Below, piece by piece: positions 28,795 to 39,619 of a stretch of DNA of 64,000 nucleotides. The stretch lies in IMG/VR virus record IMGVR_UViG_3300018424_000006, positions 1 through 64,000 of that record. The stretch is one strand, 5' to 3'. Position 1 is the first letter of the stretch. Each line of letters begins with the position of its first letter. The notes under the pieces are model-generated. The model was not told the DNA's origin, ran no database searches, and was given only the letters and a program-made list of their open reading frames with translations. Position numbers and translations under genes: made by a program.

Positions 28795-30780
28795 ATGACC
28801 GCAGAAGCTATTAATCAAGAGATTGATCTTCTTGAACAAGTCTTGAATGGATTGGCCGACCGCGCTAATGCAGCCAAGTCAACAGTAGATACTGGCGGTA
28901 GTGCAGGTCCTTATGATGAGGCTTATTTGAATGCGGCTATCTCAACGATAGATACAAACATTACGAATAAGACTCAGGATTTAGCAAACTATCGTCTAAC
29001 CGAAATCCAGCAGTATTTATTTACTACTCTTAAGTTCTTTGATCTTTACAGTATTGTACCGACTACTCCGGGTGGCTTTACAACGTATACCGTTCCAGCG
29101 GACTCAGAAGGCATTATTAAACTTAATGCAGCTACCGAGACTAGATTAATTCTAGAAACGCCTGTAGAGAGCGCTAGAGTGTTTGTGGTTTACTTTGGTG
29201 AGTACATTGCTTCTTCATTTAATTTGATGATACAAGAGGCGGATGGTACAACTAACCGTGCAACCATCAGTATGCACAATAACAGTACTGTAGCCATTAT
29301 CATTGTAGGGACTGACGGTTCAATTCAGCATACTGGAGCCCGCACTTCTATCTTTGGTAAAGCCTTGCCGTTTTTCCATGATCAACTTATAGAAGACGAC
29401 GTTACCGATAAACCAAATATAGGTAGTAAGACACGCTCTATTGTGATTGGAGATAGTAGTCAGAGAACCGACTATCAACGTAACGAACTATTCGGCACAA
29501 TCGCTGCTGATAGTGCAACTTATAACCCGCAAGGAAGTGCGACATTTGCAGCCGCTGACCATTATACTCTTATTTCAGATATCTTGGCAAATGCCGATAA
29601 AGACTTAGGTTTAATTGTTGGTAATCAGTACGGTACTTACGACACCCTTTCGCCTGAGTATGAATTAATCTCTACAATAGAATGTGATCGTTCAGAAACC
29701 ATGCTTTCCTATAAGAAAGATGGGAAGGAATATGTGATTACCGGCGGTGCTCAATTTGGTATACCTTCTCCAGTAGAACAAAGCACTCGAATTAATTTAT
29801 TCGAACATCAAACTGACGGAAGTTTATCTCTAGCAGATTCCCATCCAAGCTATGGTACGGGAGCATTGATGTTAGTAGTTCAAGATGGTCTATTGCGCCT
29901 AATTGAATTCGAGCATCGAGTAGGCACTTCCCTTGATGCTCCTGTTCGAGTGTTTAATGTTAATACGACTATTAATAAACTTGAGTTGGTAAGTAGCTCC
30001 AGTGTAGCCTATGGCTCCAAGGGAGCTGAACACTTCACTTATAATGGCGTTAACTATTTCTTCTCATGGCCTTACGATTCTTCTTTAGGCTCTAGTCTTT
30101 ATCAGTTGGATTCTAACGGTATTCTGTTGCGAATTACTTTACCGCAAGAAATTGAAGATCTGACAGATATAAAGGTATTAGAATACACTTCTGAAGGCCT
30201 TCCTGTTATTTTTGGTGTGACTAGTACCGAAGTAGTTCAGAGTTTTGTTGGCGAGCCTGATGCGAGTCAGGGCATTACGTTCAATACAACTCCAAGACTT
30301 ACATTCCAGCCGGGTGTGGGGGACGTTCCTGCTGACCAGACTAGCGAGCAGTTTATTAGTTTCAGAGGCTCTGATGGTGATGGAGTAGTTCTATCTTCTC
30401 CGATAGCTAAAACAGACCCTCCTCCAGTAACTGCTAAGAATGTTATGGTTCATACCTTCGGTTCCGTAAGTATCACCGAAGTCACTACCACTCTAGGTAC
30501 GTATTCGGTTATCCGTCCATTTACGGCAGATGGGTATACCTACTTAGCGTGTCTAGAAACAGGGCCTGGTGGTAAACTTGAGATTGTACGTCATATCTCA
30601 GGAGCAACTTTCGAGAAGCTATTGACTATAGACCTTTCAAACCCAGTGGATGTAAGCTATAGCTATTCTAACTTCTCTCATCTCCTTAACGTTGTTACAG
30701 GTACGGGTACTCAAGTATCCACGTATGAATTTAGAACCGATAAGCGTATGCTTAACTGGATTCGTACAAGTATCCTTTAA
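28795..30780 (+). CDS. Putative tail fibre/appendage protein with EAR/EPTP-like beta-propeller (triplet 1a)
   Basis: N-terminal coiled coil; repeats such as 'SKGAEHFTYNGVNYFF..SSLYQL' and 'IRPFTADGYTYLACL'. Confidence 0.55.
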   Translation: MTAEAINQEIDLLEQVLNGLADRANAAKSTVDTGGSAGPYDEAYLNAAISTIDTNITNKTQDLANYRLTEIQQYLFTTLKFFDLYSIVPTTPGGFTTYTVPADSEGIIKLNAATETRLILETPVESARVFVVYFGEYIASSFNLMIQEADGTTNRATISMHNNSTVAIIIVGTDGSIQHTGARTSIFGKALPFFHDQLIEDDVTDKPNIGSKTRSIVIGDSSQRTDYQRNELFGTIAADSATYNPQGSATFAAADHYTLISDILANADKDLGLIVGNQYGTYDTLSPEYELISTIECDRSETMLSYKKDGKEYVITGGAQFGIPSPVEQSTRINLFEHQTDGSLSLADSHPSYGTGALMLVVQDGLLRLIEFEHRVGTSLDAPVRVFNVNTTINKLELVSSSSVAYGSKGAEHFTYNGVNYFFSWPYDSSLGSSLYQLDSNGILLRITLPQEIEDLTDIKVLEYTSEGLPVIFGVTSTEVVQSFVGEPDASQGITFNTTPRLTFQPGVGDVPADQTSEQFISFRGSDGDGVVLSSPIAKTDPPPVTAKNVMVHTFGSVSITEVTTTLGTYSVIRPFTADGYTYLACLETGPGGKLEIVRHISGATFEKLLTIDLSNPVDVSYSYSNFSHLLNVVTGTGTQVSTYEFRTDKRMLNWIRTSIL

Positions 30781-30797
30781 AAGAAAAGGAAAAGAAA

Positions 30798-32984
30798 ATG
30801 AGTGATATTTTACTCGAAAAAATGCAGCAGTATGTGGACGAAGTTTCTTTGTCCCTTACTTCTCTAGATGAAAGGATGAGTAGCCTTACAGGTGAACATG
30901 TTCTTCCTAACGTACAGGCCGATGAAGCTGTAGCGATGACCGAAGAACTTACCTACGCTCTTGTTCAGAAGCAGATAGAGGTTGGCATCTATGACGCCTT
31001 CATGGAAGGACTGCTTATGAATCCAGAGCCATGGAAAGCAGGCGATCCGGTACCTGTGTATAACGCACCTAATATACCTGTCCTCGATGTAGATACTCGC
31101 CTTGGTCCATGTACTATACATTTTGATTCTGCTCCTGACATGAGCGGGAATGGACATATATGGTTTATTCGTGACGCATTTGGGACCTTTAAAGAGAATC
31201 CTTGTACAATCATTCTTGGCCCTAAGAAAGCAGGTGCTGTTATAGATGGTACATGGGATCTCTTTGGTCCAGGTGACGAAGGTACACTTGCCCGCTATAC
31301 CCTAGAAAAGAATGATTTAATTACCGCAGTTTCAGTAGGAGATTTTTATATTCCTACTGAAATAGGTACTCCACGCGCCGCAGTAATAGAGGGGGTAGGA
31401 AATCCGGGGATGGACTACGAGAATAAATATATCTCTAGCCTAGCCGGAATTAATGGCCGTGCTATTAAGCATCCTGATGGCGATCTGACTATCTATGGCC
31501 GTTCTAAGGCAGATGGTATTTTTACAAACTGGCCTACCGATATTGGTAATCGTGAACTTTCTTCCTTTATAGTAAGTTCTGGTGGCATCGATAATGTGAC
31601 TAATATCATCGATCCTACTACCCGCTCAGGTAAGAATCGTTGGACTGTAACTACGGACTTTGATCTTCCGTATGTAAATACCGAACCGTATTCAGCCGAC
31701 CGTATGACAATCAATCTACAGAATGACTATAAGATAGAAGTAGATGCTCGTAAAGTTTCTGCTTTAGGCGATATGTCTTATGTTGGTATGAATGTTTACA
31801 ATACGAACGGTACGCGTGTTCATAGTACTCCGTTTATTACCATACCGGGTACTCCGGGAGCTAACTTACCTAACACTAGTGCAACTGGTGACCGCATTAA
31901 GATTATTGGTGTTTATCCAACTATCATTAATGACCCTAGTTACCCGGGTGCGGTATATAAGTTTAAGATTGTCATTTTCTGTGAAGTAGAAGACACGGAT
32001 ACCGGCCGAACGGACATTAATCTTATTCATGGTGAATTAGAAATCGAACATGTTTCAGTTCCTGCTAGTTCGTATAGTTGGGTAATTACTGACCCTGCTC
32101 AATCTTTAATTACGCTACGTTCAGATGACTTAAGTGCTATTAAGCCTTATATCACTAATACACTACAGAGCGATGCAGGCGTTGAATTTAGTATCGTCGA
32201 TAACTCTGGAGCCGATCCTGTCATTGATAGTTGGGTTTATAACTTTAGTACTGGGACATTCTTCCAGTCCGCTGGAGCCTACGGTTCAATTACAGTGACT
32301 GGCCTAGCCGGCGAGATTTCGCAAAGTTCTTTAGCTAGCTGGCATGCCGGTTATAACCATTACTTTGTCCATGAAACTTCTCATGCTGCATTGGTTATCA
32401 ACGACAACGGTACTCTGAAATATCTGCGCCGTAGATATACTACCACTGCATCCGAGGATACTGCGGTAGAGCACGGAATTGATGCAACTTTATTTGACAT
32501 CAATACGGGCCTGGAGCTTACATCCATACTAAAGGATGGCGCTAAGAGTCCGGGCGTTCTAGAAATAGATACTGGGTTTGTTTCTTACCACTATCTAAAT
32601 GGAGTTAAGGCTACGATCAGTCTAGCTGATATTTATGATGCAGATGTTATTCATGGCAATCTCAATGATTACCTATTTATCCTAACTAGAGATACGTTGT
32701 CTAATGAGCGTTTGTTCATCTATATGCTTCCGGATTATAACCCGGGTGCAGCTGGCGACATAACTCCTCTTTTACTGGATAGATTAATTGTTCCTAAAGA
32801 CAGTGCTCTGCAGAAGCCTAGTTTGCTGAACGGAACTGAAGGTAATAACGGTAATATTTTTGGACCGGACCTTTCCGATACTCTGGTAGGACAAAACATC
32901 ATTGTCGAATCTGACAGTCGGGAATTTAATTACCGTGCACACTTCTCTAGAAAAATAGGAGATACCGATGGCATTGCAATATAG
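30798..32984 (+). CDS. Putative tail fibre/appendage protein (triplet 1b)
   Basis: N-terminal coiled coil; T4 gp9/gp10-like module 'VDT..GP.TI....AP...IRDA.GTF..NP.TI'; beta-rich C-terminus. Confidence 0.55.
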   Translation: MSDILLEKMQQYVDEVSLSLTSLDERMSSLTGEHVLPNVQADEAVAMTEELTYALVQKQIEVGIYDAFMEGLLMNPEPWKAGDPVPVYNAPNIPVLDVDTRLGPCTIHFDSAPDMSGNGHIWFIRDAFGTFKENPCTIILGPKKAGAVIDGTWDLFGPGDEGTLARYTLEKNDLITAVSVGDFYIPTEIGTPRAAVIEGVGNPGMDYENKYISSLAGINGRAIKHPDGDLTIYGRSKADGIFTNWPTDIGNRELSSFIVSSGGIDNVTNIIDPTTRSGKNRWTVTTDFDLPYVNTEPYSADRMTINLQNDYKIEVDARKVSALGDMSYVGMNVYNTNGTRVHSTPFITIPGTPGANLPNTSATGDRIKIIGVYPTIINDPSYPGAVYKFKIVIFCEVEDTDTGRTDINLIHGELEIEHVSVPASSYSWVITDPAQSLITLRSDDLSAIKPYITNTLQSDAGVEFSIVDNSGADPVIDSWVYNFSTGTFFQSAGAYGSITVTGLAGEISQSSLASWHAGYNHYFVHETSHAALVINDNGTLKYLRRRYTTTASEDTAVEHGIDATLFDINTGLELTSILKDGAKSPGVLEIDTGFVSYHYLNGVKATISLADIYDADVIHGNLNDYLFILTRDTLSNERLFIYMLPDYNPGAAGDITPLLLDRLIVPKDSALQKPSLLNGTEGNNGNIFGPDLSDTLVGQNIIVESDSREFNYRAHFSRKIGDTDGIAI

Positions 32985-34959
32985 TGATCTATTTAAACGA
33001 GTTACGGACCTAAGTACTCTTGCTCACGCTAAGCTTCGAGAAGCATTTGAGATTCTAGAAGGCCTTGACCCTAACTCTGTTGCTAACCGCCCATTGGTTG
33101 TTGAGATAAAGAATCGGGTAGCGCTACTGGAGTCTTTACTCAGTGACATCAAAGAAGAATACGTAATTCGAAGAAGTATGTTCATTCTTCCTGAGTTAAT
33201 GACCGAAGGTGCTTCAGAGAACCAAACTGCTTTCTCCAATATGCGCTATACGGTTACCAATGCGATCAATAACGTTTTCTTGCCGCTGGCTCCGCAAGAA
33301 GGTGATGTGGTTGGTTTTGTACTGGAACTAGGTACTTCAGAATCCACTATCCGCATTCGCGGTGAACAGTTAGATGAAACAATCACTCTATCTGCCGATC
33401 GTTCTCAGGGCTGCCATTTCACATATAGCGGAACTAAGTGGTTATTTGTACCGTCTAACTTTGATATCAAAGAAAGGCCGGAGACAGGTAAGAATGCTAA
33501 GGGTCGATATAGAAAAACCGGAAGTAAGATTGAACAGATGCTAGAAGTGCGTTTGGGAGAGACTGGTGACTGGCCTATGCCGTGGCCTGACGACTACCAG
33601 ATCGTTAGTAGCATTGTGAGTCGCCAGCCTCGTAATACTGCCAATGAACGTGGGTTTGTTATCTATCCGGATAAGACCCGGATATATCTTCCTGATATTG
33701 TCGGCGGTGACAACGAACCTACTGGTAACGTTAATGGCTCCTGTACGTTCTTGCACGACAACAAGCTTGCCTTTGTAGCTACTGCTACTGACACAGTCCT
33801 AAATGTTAATACGGATGCCGGCTTGGTGCCCGCTACTGAGATTGGCTTGAATCTATATAAGGTGGACTCTGATGGCACCTTGGATAAGCTGACTCTGGCT
33901 GGCTATAGCGGCAAAGGACTTAGCTTTTCTAGCGACGTAAGCTATAATGGCAATAATTTGTTCCTAATGGAATCTGGGTATGATCCTTTGAATCCTGGGT
34001 CTAAAACCCCTTCGTTCCTTAAGTTCTTTACTTTACAATTGGAAACGAGTGAGGGAGGACCTATTGGAAGTGGTACTGTCCATAGTATTTCTACAGCTAC
34101 TTCATACGGTGATCGTCTCGAGACTGTTCGCTATAATGGAGGAGAGGCGGGGACATTAATTGCCATTACGGCTAATCCTTCTAAATACTCTCAAGCTATA
34201 TCCGTCAATGATCAATGCCAAATCTTTAAGTTGGTAGACGGCAACCTTATTGCAAATGAAGTAATCAAAGTTAATAATAGTGAAAACTATAGTTATACTG
34301 ATGTAACTACATTTACTCGCGGAGACTTCGTTTATTTTGTATTCTCTAACGATACAGATCAGATGCTTAAGGTAGAACGTTTCACTATATCCACTGCTTC
34401 CCATAGCGGCTCGTACTTGTTACAGATGGATGGTAGTAAGACGGGCGGCATTAAGAAACTTGAAATGGTACCTCTCCATGACGAATATTATCTAATTGGT
34501 CTTGGCGATACTGGATATGAAAACAGCAGCATTATTCGCTTTACATTTGATATTAGCGGCGTACCTTCAATTGGTCCCGTAACGATTAATACTCAGGCAG
34601 ATATTGCAGTTGAAGATGTGGATGGTATCCATTACTTCTTCCAAGGCGAAACGCCTTACTTAACCTATGTATCGAAAGAGCGCGGGGTTAAGATTGGTAA
34701 GATTACTGGTACTGGAGATTCTCTAAATATCTTCTTTGGTGAAGAGTACTATTATCCATATGCTAGCGACGTAAAAAGCTTTGTGCATAACGGAACTCGT
34801 ATGCTCTTCATTGACTATGATGCTTCTACTATTATTGGTGGCGTTACTGACTATCGTGAAGGTAAGAGTGATCTTGCTATCTTCCAAGATAAGTTAGGTA
34901 AGTTAGACGCTCTTGTTACTGGTATTCGTTATGATACTACCGGTGTAGTTCCACGTTAA
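32968..34959 (+). CDS. Putative tail fibre/appendage protein with EAR/EPTP-like beta-propeller (triplet 1c)
   Basis: Coiled coil, 'LP.AP.EGD.V...FTY.G..W' module, repeats 'TDVTTFTRGDFVYFVFSN' and 'SDVKSFVHNGTRMLFI'. Confidence 0.6.
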   Translation: MALQYSDLFKRVTDLSTLAHAKLREAFEILEGLDPNSVANRPLVVEIKNRVALLESLLSDIKEEYVIRRSMFILPELMTEGASENQTAFSNMRYTVTNAINNVFLPLAPQEGDVVGFVLELGTSESTIRIRGEQLDETITLSADRSQGCHFTYSGTKWLFVPSNFDIKERPETGKNAKGRYRKTGSKIEQMLEVRLGETGDWPMPWPDDYQIVSSIVSRQPRNTANERGFVIYPDKTRIYLPDIVGGDNEPTGNVNGSCTFLHDNKLAFVATATDTVLNVNTDAGLVPATEIGLNLYKVDSDGTLDKLTLAGYSGKGLSFSSDVSYNGNNLFLMESGYDPLNPGSKTPSFLKFFTLQLETSEGGPIGSGTVHSISTATSYGDRLETVRYNGGEAGTLIAITANPSKYSQAISVNDQCQIFKLVDGNLIANEVIKVNNSENYSYTDVTTFTRGDFVYFVFSNDTDQMLKVERFTISTASHSGSYLLQMDGSKTGGIKKLEMVPLHDEYYLIGLGDTGYENSSIIRFTFDISGVPSIGPVTINTQADIAVEDVDGIHYFFQGETPYLTYVSKERGVKIGKITGTGDSLNIFFGEEYYYPYASDVKSFVHNGTRMLFIDYDASTIIGGVTDYREGKSDLAIFQDKLGKLDALVTGIRYDTTGVVPR

Positions 34960-34975
34960 GGTTTGGTGAAAACAA

Positions 34976-35569
34976 ATGTATTATTTTGATGAAAATGGCA
35001 AACAGCTTATTTTAGGAGAACATATTACTTCTCCTGAACAGGCTGCTTATGCGACAGACGACAGAAACTCTTTGGTATTCAAAAGTGTACCGAAGAACAA
35101 AGCCATTAAAATTGTTAATGGCGAACCCACGTATGTAGATGTAGTAGTAGATCGTGCAGGTCTATTAGCCTATAACAAAGAACGGCGTGATGGCCGTATC
35201 CGTTCCGGCATTAGTGTAACTGCTACTTTCTATGTAAACGAAGAACTTAAGACTTCGCATACTGAAACAGTCCGTATTACGGATCGCTTAAAAAGTGATG
35301 TAGAGTCTATTGTAGTTCTGTTTAAGAACTGTCCTAGCTTTACTGGTCCTGCTTCATTACAAGTAGCGGATGATATCTACTTAGTTATCTCTAATGCTAC
35401 TGAAGCAGAGAAGCTTTTCGTAGCGGGTAGTGAACATATCTTCCTTTGTTATGTTAAAGAACGTGAAGGTAAAGCTATGATCAAGACTGCCAGTGAAGCA
35501 GACTTCGTTCAAGTTAATCGTGATCTACGTCAGCATTGGACTCAGTTCGAGACAAACGTAACGTTGTAA
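34976..35569 (+). CDS. Tail fibre assembly/chaperone-like protein (DUF4376/Tfa-like)
   Basis: 'K.I.IVNGEP.YVD......L....ERRD.RI..GI.V' pattern; directly follows the fibre genes. Confidence 0.55.
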   Translation: MYYFDENGKQLILGEHITSPEQAAYATDDRNSLVFKSVPKNKAIKIVNGEPTYVDVVVDRAGLLAYNKERRDGRIRSGISVTATFYVNEELKTSHTETVRITDRLKSDVESIVVLFKNCPSFTGPASLQVADDIYLVISNATEAEKLFVAGSEHIFLCYVKEREGKAMIKTASEADFVQVNRDLRQHWTQFETNVTL

Positions 35570-35613
35570 TTTACGGGGTGTTAATCACCCCCTCTTACTA
35601 GAGGGAATTAAAC

Positions 35614-36429
35614 ATGAGTAAGCCTCGCTTATCATACGACAAAACTGGCATTAACCCTCAGAACCGTATACCGAACGAACTGCATGACGTTGCTCTAGGC
35701 GGCCCTCGAATCATAATACTTAATGAAGGTAGTTACTATCTTGATTCTGTTGAGATTCGTGCGGGTAGTACCAGCGCGCCACTAATTAAAGGAACTGATT
35801 GGGAAATGACCCGACTGGATCTTGATGTTAGTGCAGATACCGGTAAGGAAGTTGGTTTCGGCATCTCGATTACCAACCCTACTTATCAAGGTGATACGCT
35901 CGTTACTTATCAAGCAGTAGGCGGGTATGAGGGGAAGGGACTGGGCTTCTATGAGGAATTAGCCAAGCTAATTACTGCTATTGGCACTGGACCTATCAGC
36001 TGGGAACGAATTAACCACCCCAGTACCTTTACTCCTGAAGAGCATACTCACTCAGTTAAGCAATTAACTGAATTGGAAGCTGTCTCTAATGCGTTAGACG
36101 GCTTGCGCGATGCGTTTCAGAAATCCCATTCATTGGGCATTACTGGTAACGCATTGGAAGGTAAGTCCAATCGCATACTGGCGTTGATAGCGTCATTACG
36201 TTCGGATATCAATAAGATTGCTTCCGGAGTAGTTGCTTCAGTAAGCGATGAGGATATCGGTAAGATTGATACGGATCTGGTAAACTTAGCCGCCCTTAAC
36301 GCAGATATGATGTTAAGGATGCTGTATTTTGAACAAGAGCAAGCAGAGATTAAAGACATTCTAAGTCGACTAATGACTCAGCTTTCTGAAATGTTCCAGA
36401 ATACTTCTGATACTATTAGTGTCAATTAA
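35614..36429 (+). CDS. Virion structural protein, adaptor family (paralog C)
   Basis: 'YDKTG.NP.N.I.NE.H...TGKEV...YQAVGG...WE.I..P..F.P..H.H'; C-terminal coiled coil. Confidence 0.7.
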   Translation: MSKPRLSYDKTGINPQNRIPNELHDVALGGPRIIILNEGSYYLDSVEIRAGSTSAPLIKGTDWEMTRLDLDVSADTGKEVGFGISITNPTYQGDTLVTYQAVGGYEGKGLGFYEELAKLITAIGTGPISWERINHPSTFTPEEHTHSVKQLTELEAVSNALDGLRDAFQKSHSLGITGNALEGKSNRILALIASLRSDINKIASGVVASVSDEDIGKIDTDLVNLAALNADMMLRMLYFEQEQAEIKDILSRLMTQLSEMFQNTSDTISVN

Positions 36430-36462
36430 TACCTAATACAAAAGTACTTCATGCTTTCTTCT

Positions 36463-36503
36463 GATTGTCTAGATACCTTAACGGGTATCTAGACAGTCTT
36501 TTT
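36463..36503 (+). terminator. Intrinsic terminator
   Basis: GATTGTCTAGATACC/GGTATCTAGACAGTC stem plus T5. Confidence 0.8.
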
Positions 36504-36522
36504 ATGCTTGGAGGTATTGACA

Positions 36523-37542
36523 ATGAAAACGCTAATGGATACAAGACTAACTAATCTGCTTCATAAGGCGAATATGTCGTTGACGAAAACAGCCAGTAGC
36601 ATCAATGAAGTAGACGACGATACTGATAGTAACCAGCTATCTATTCAGGATGCCGTAGTTAGAATCTTGGCCATTGAAGCTATATTAAATGGTGAGGCAG
36701 GAGACCTACCATTTATCCATTCGTCTAAGATTACGAATGACCTTACTGTACCTACTGCCCCAGCTACAGATACTGTAGCAGGCGCTACTGAAGTATGGGA
36801 GATGCGTAAGAAGCTTTATGAGCTCCTAGATGCTTTAGCTAACTTTGATGGTAATGCCGACCCCAATGATTATCTTACTAACCTTAATCAGGTTATGGCA
36901 TGGGCAAATGCTAACACAGACACTCTAGCCGCAATGGAGCCTGCTACTCCTACAGCAGCAGGTTTTATGTCAGCCCTGCAGGCCGGTAAACTAGCCAGTA
37001 TACAAGAAGAAGCAAATAAGACAGTAGTTACTACCGATATCAACTCTACGTCTGGCACAGAAGCAGCTGCCGCTTCTATAACCAACCAACTAAAGACAAT
37101 GATAGAGCAACAGGCTCTTAGTCAGGTAACAGCTGGGGAAATAGATAACCCGACCGCAATCACTGATGCTAGGAAGTTCTCACCTAATGACATTCTAGAT
37201 ATCATCAAGAAGCATGCAGTAACTCTTTTAGATGCCTCTAAGTTTGAGCGCACTATCTATATTCCGGGTGAAGTATTGGTGCAGGAATTTGGCACTAAAC
37301 TAAGTGTACCTGATGGAGATTGGAATGGTAAGGTACATACGTCTTCTTCTAACTCTTCTGGTACAACTATTGTTAAGTTGACCCATACAGATGCTACTGA
37401 AGTAACATTAACTCATTCGGTAATAGCTCAAGAGATTTCGAATGTAACGCTTAAGGGCGGGACATGGACTATAGCAGTAACTCAAGCAAATCCAGTTATT
37501 GCTCAAGACCTTACTTTACTTTTCAGTCTAATAAAGCAATAA
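36523..37542 (+). CDS. Short fibre protein with shared N-terminal anchor domain
   Basis: Start ATG 36523 after GGAGG; first ~190 aa align with the 41814 and 47182 proteins; fibre motif 'ATPTAAGFMSALQAGKL'. Confidence 0.75.
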   Translation: MKTLMDTRLTNLLHKANMSLTKTASSINEVDDDTDSNQLSIQDAVVRILAIEAILNGEAGDLPFIHSSKITNDLTVPTAPATDTVAGATEVWEMRKKLYELLDALANFDGNADPNDYLTNLNQVMAWANANTDTLAAMEPATPTAAGFMSALQAGKLASIQEEANKTVVTTDINSTSGTEAAAASITNQLKTMIEQQALSQVTAGEIDNPTAITDARKFSPNDILDIIKKHAVTLLDASKFERTIYIPGEVLVQEFGTKLSVPDGDWNGKVHTSSSNSSGTTIVKLTHTDATEVTLTHSVIAQEISNVTLKGGTWTIAVTQANPVIAQDLTLLFSLIKQ

Positions 37543-37555
37543 TAAGGAGTCTAGT

Positions 37556-38545
37556 ATGTACTATAGACTTAAACCTAACTTTACGGTAGGGAGTCTGGGA
37601 GGCTCTATTGGTACCGATATAGCAAAATGCTTATGCAATGAAGTTTCTGATGTTGATAGCTCTGCCCTTGAAAAGTTCACATTAATTGATTATCGAAATG
37701 ATATTCCCGGTGGATGGACTAGCCGATCTGGCTCTACAATTAGTAAGGCTGACCCTTATAGCGGCGAAACTATAACACTTACTAATGCGACTGGTGGTAA
37801 TGAAGGTAGTTTCACAGAAACTAAGTTTCAACTTGCATGGAACGGAACTACCACTACTATCTCCTTAAAGTCCGTTGGCGCGCCACTTAACAATTTTTAT
37901 GAAGCAATTGGAACCGGAGATGTTATTCATATTTACATGGATAAGTGGTGTACTATAGTAGTCCCGACTAAGGCCAGTTTTGAAATGTCAACTGGAAATG
38001 GATTTATTCTCCTACATGGAGATGCCTTCTTTGAAAACGATGATTTAAGTACAGCGTACTCGTTGGCCTTTATAGGCATAAATGGCAATGGCTATGGACC
38101 CTCTAGTGGTACTAAAGGGCCAATACTAGACCTATCCACCGGAACCATATCATTTTCAAAAATAAGTTCTCCCGTACAGCTTTATACAGCAGGCACTAAG
38201 ATCCAAGCTTTAGAGGAATCTGACATAGAGTATTTCTTTTCAGATCCCAATATAGTTATGGGGCTTGACATTTCGTATTGTGCCACTCCAGGGGCGGGAG
38301 TTGAGTCAGGCGGTGTCCAGAGAGTCTGGCCCTTAGAGTCTCCTGTATTCTTCCAGCCTGGAAAAAGTAGCTTTGGAAGTTCTGGCACAGTTGCTACCTA
38401 TAATGGAATCGAATACCTAGCCTTAGGTTATCAGGCAAGTCCATCGCAGCCTGAAGAGGGAGTTAGAGTAGAGATTCCACTAAATACGGATGACCCAGAC
38501 ATAATTAGACCTAAGTTCACTTTTATCCATATCCCTTTTGCATAA
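37556..38545 (+). CDS. Putative fibre-tip/receptor-binding protein (triplet 2a)
   Basis: Starts MYYRLKP; internal 'IYMDKW.TIVVP'; ends FIHIPFA. Confidence 0.55.
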   Translation: MYYRLKPNFTVGSLGGSIGTDIAKCLCNEVSDVDSSALEKFTLIDYRNDIPGGWTSRSGSTISKADPYSGETITLTNATGGNEGSFTETKFQLAWNGTTTTISLKSVGAPLNNFYEAIGTGDVIHIYMDKWCTIVVPTKASFEMSTGNGFILLHGDAFFENDDLSTAYSLAFIGINGNGYGPSSGTKGPILDLSTGTISFSKISSPVQLYTAGTKIQALEESDIEYFFSDPNIVMGLDISYCATPGAGVESGGVQRVWPLESPVFFQPGKSSFGSSGTVATYNGIEYLALGYQASPSQPEEGVRVEIPLNTDDPDIIRPKFTFIHIPFA

Positions 38546-38557
38546 GGAGACAAAGCA

Positions 38558-39619
38558 ATGTTCTTTAAGTTTAGGGTCAATCCTAGCACCCCATTAAATA
38601 CCTTTGGCTCTCTAGTTCCAGATTTTATAAAGGCATTTAGTGGAGAAACTGACCCGAGTGCATTCGACAATATTACGTTGTTGGAAGCTACCGGTAAAAT
38701 ATTCCCGGATAATTGGGAATATAAACTGGAAGGTAGGACATTTAGTATTTACGGGAAAGATCCTAATAACCCGCAAGGCTTGGATTGTAAAACTGGTATT
38801 ACTATAGATCTAGGTATCAACGATGCCGATTTTAAAGGCAACTACGATATAAACCGTTTTGATAACGCCGGCAATATTATCAAGACTCACATGAGCTATA
38901 ACCTTCAAGGGAATACAAATTTTAATGCCCAGGCATTAGCTCTCGCCAACGTTTATGCAGACTATTGTTTCTATATAGATGAAGAGACCTTTGTATTCCT
39001 TCCTTTAGAGTGGACCAATACCAGTCTTACAACTACTACTTATTTTTGGGGAAGAAATGCCGGGTTCTTTATGGGATTCTCTAGTCCATTTAACCCTTCT
39101 GCAGATTATAGTCAGTCGACTGGTTTCTTTCTTCAGTCAATAACTGGGGATGTTTATGCGCCATCCATAGGTTTTATTGATGATTATCCCGTTTATAAAG
39201 ACCATCCATATTCATCAAAGAGGTTTAATCCGGGAGGGAGCTTTACTAGATTTTATTGGAGGTCTTCTGTAGATAGATTTATGGCTCTTAATGCCGATGT
39301 AACTTCTTTGGAAGCTATAGTTAGGCATCCGTCTGATAACAGACTAGCGAACGCTTGGTTTGTTAATAGCTATCGGAGCGGTATAAATAACACGAATACT
39401 CCATCTAACTGCTACGTATGGAAGGGTAAGCGAGTTAAGAAATGGATGAGGTTTGTTCCGGCAAACGCTCTTAGGAGAAAGGTGCAAATGGATGGCAAGA
39501 AAGGTTACCTCATGGCGCTACCTATCGCAGAGCTACCCACTAATGGGTCAGTGGCGACAACAATATCTGAATATTATTTAGATAAAACAATTATTATTTT
39601 TATGCCTATAGAGGCGTGA
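38558..39619 (+). CDS. Putative fibre-tip/receptor-binding protein (triplet 2b)
   Basis: Starts MFFKFR; internal 'FYIDEETFVFLP'; ends IFMPIEA. Confidence 0.55.
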   Translation: MFFKFRVNPSTPLNTFGSLVPDFIKAFSGETDPSAFDNITLLEATGKIFPDNWEYKLEGRTFSIYGKDPNNPQGLDCKTGITIDLGINDADFKGNYDINRFDNAGNIIKTHMSYNLQGNTNFNAQALALANVYADYCFYIDEETFVFLPLEWTNTSLTTTTYFWGRNAGFFMGFSSPFNPSADYSQSTGFFLQSITGDVYAPSIGFIDDYPVYKDHPYSSKRFNPGGSFTRFYWRSSVDRFMALNADVTSLEAIVRHPSDNRLANAWFVNSYRSGINNTNTPSNCYVWKGKRVKKWMRFVPANALRRKVQMDGKKGYLMALPIAELPTNGSVATTISEYYLDKTIIIFMPIEA

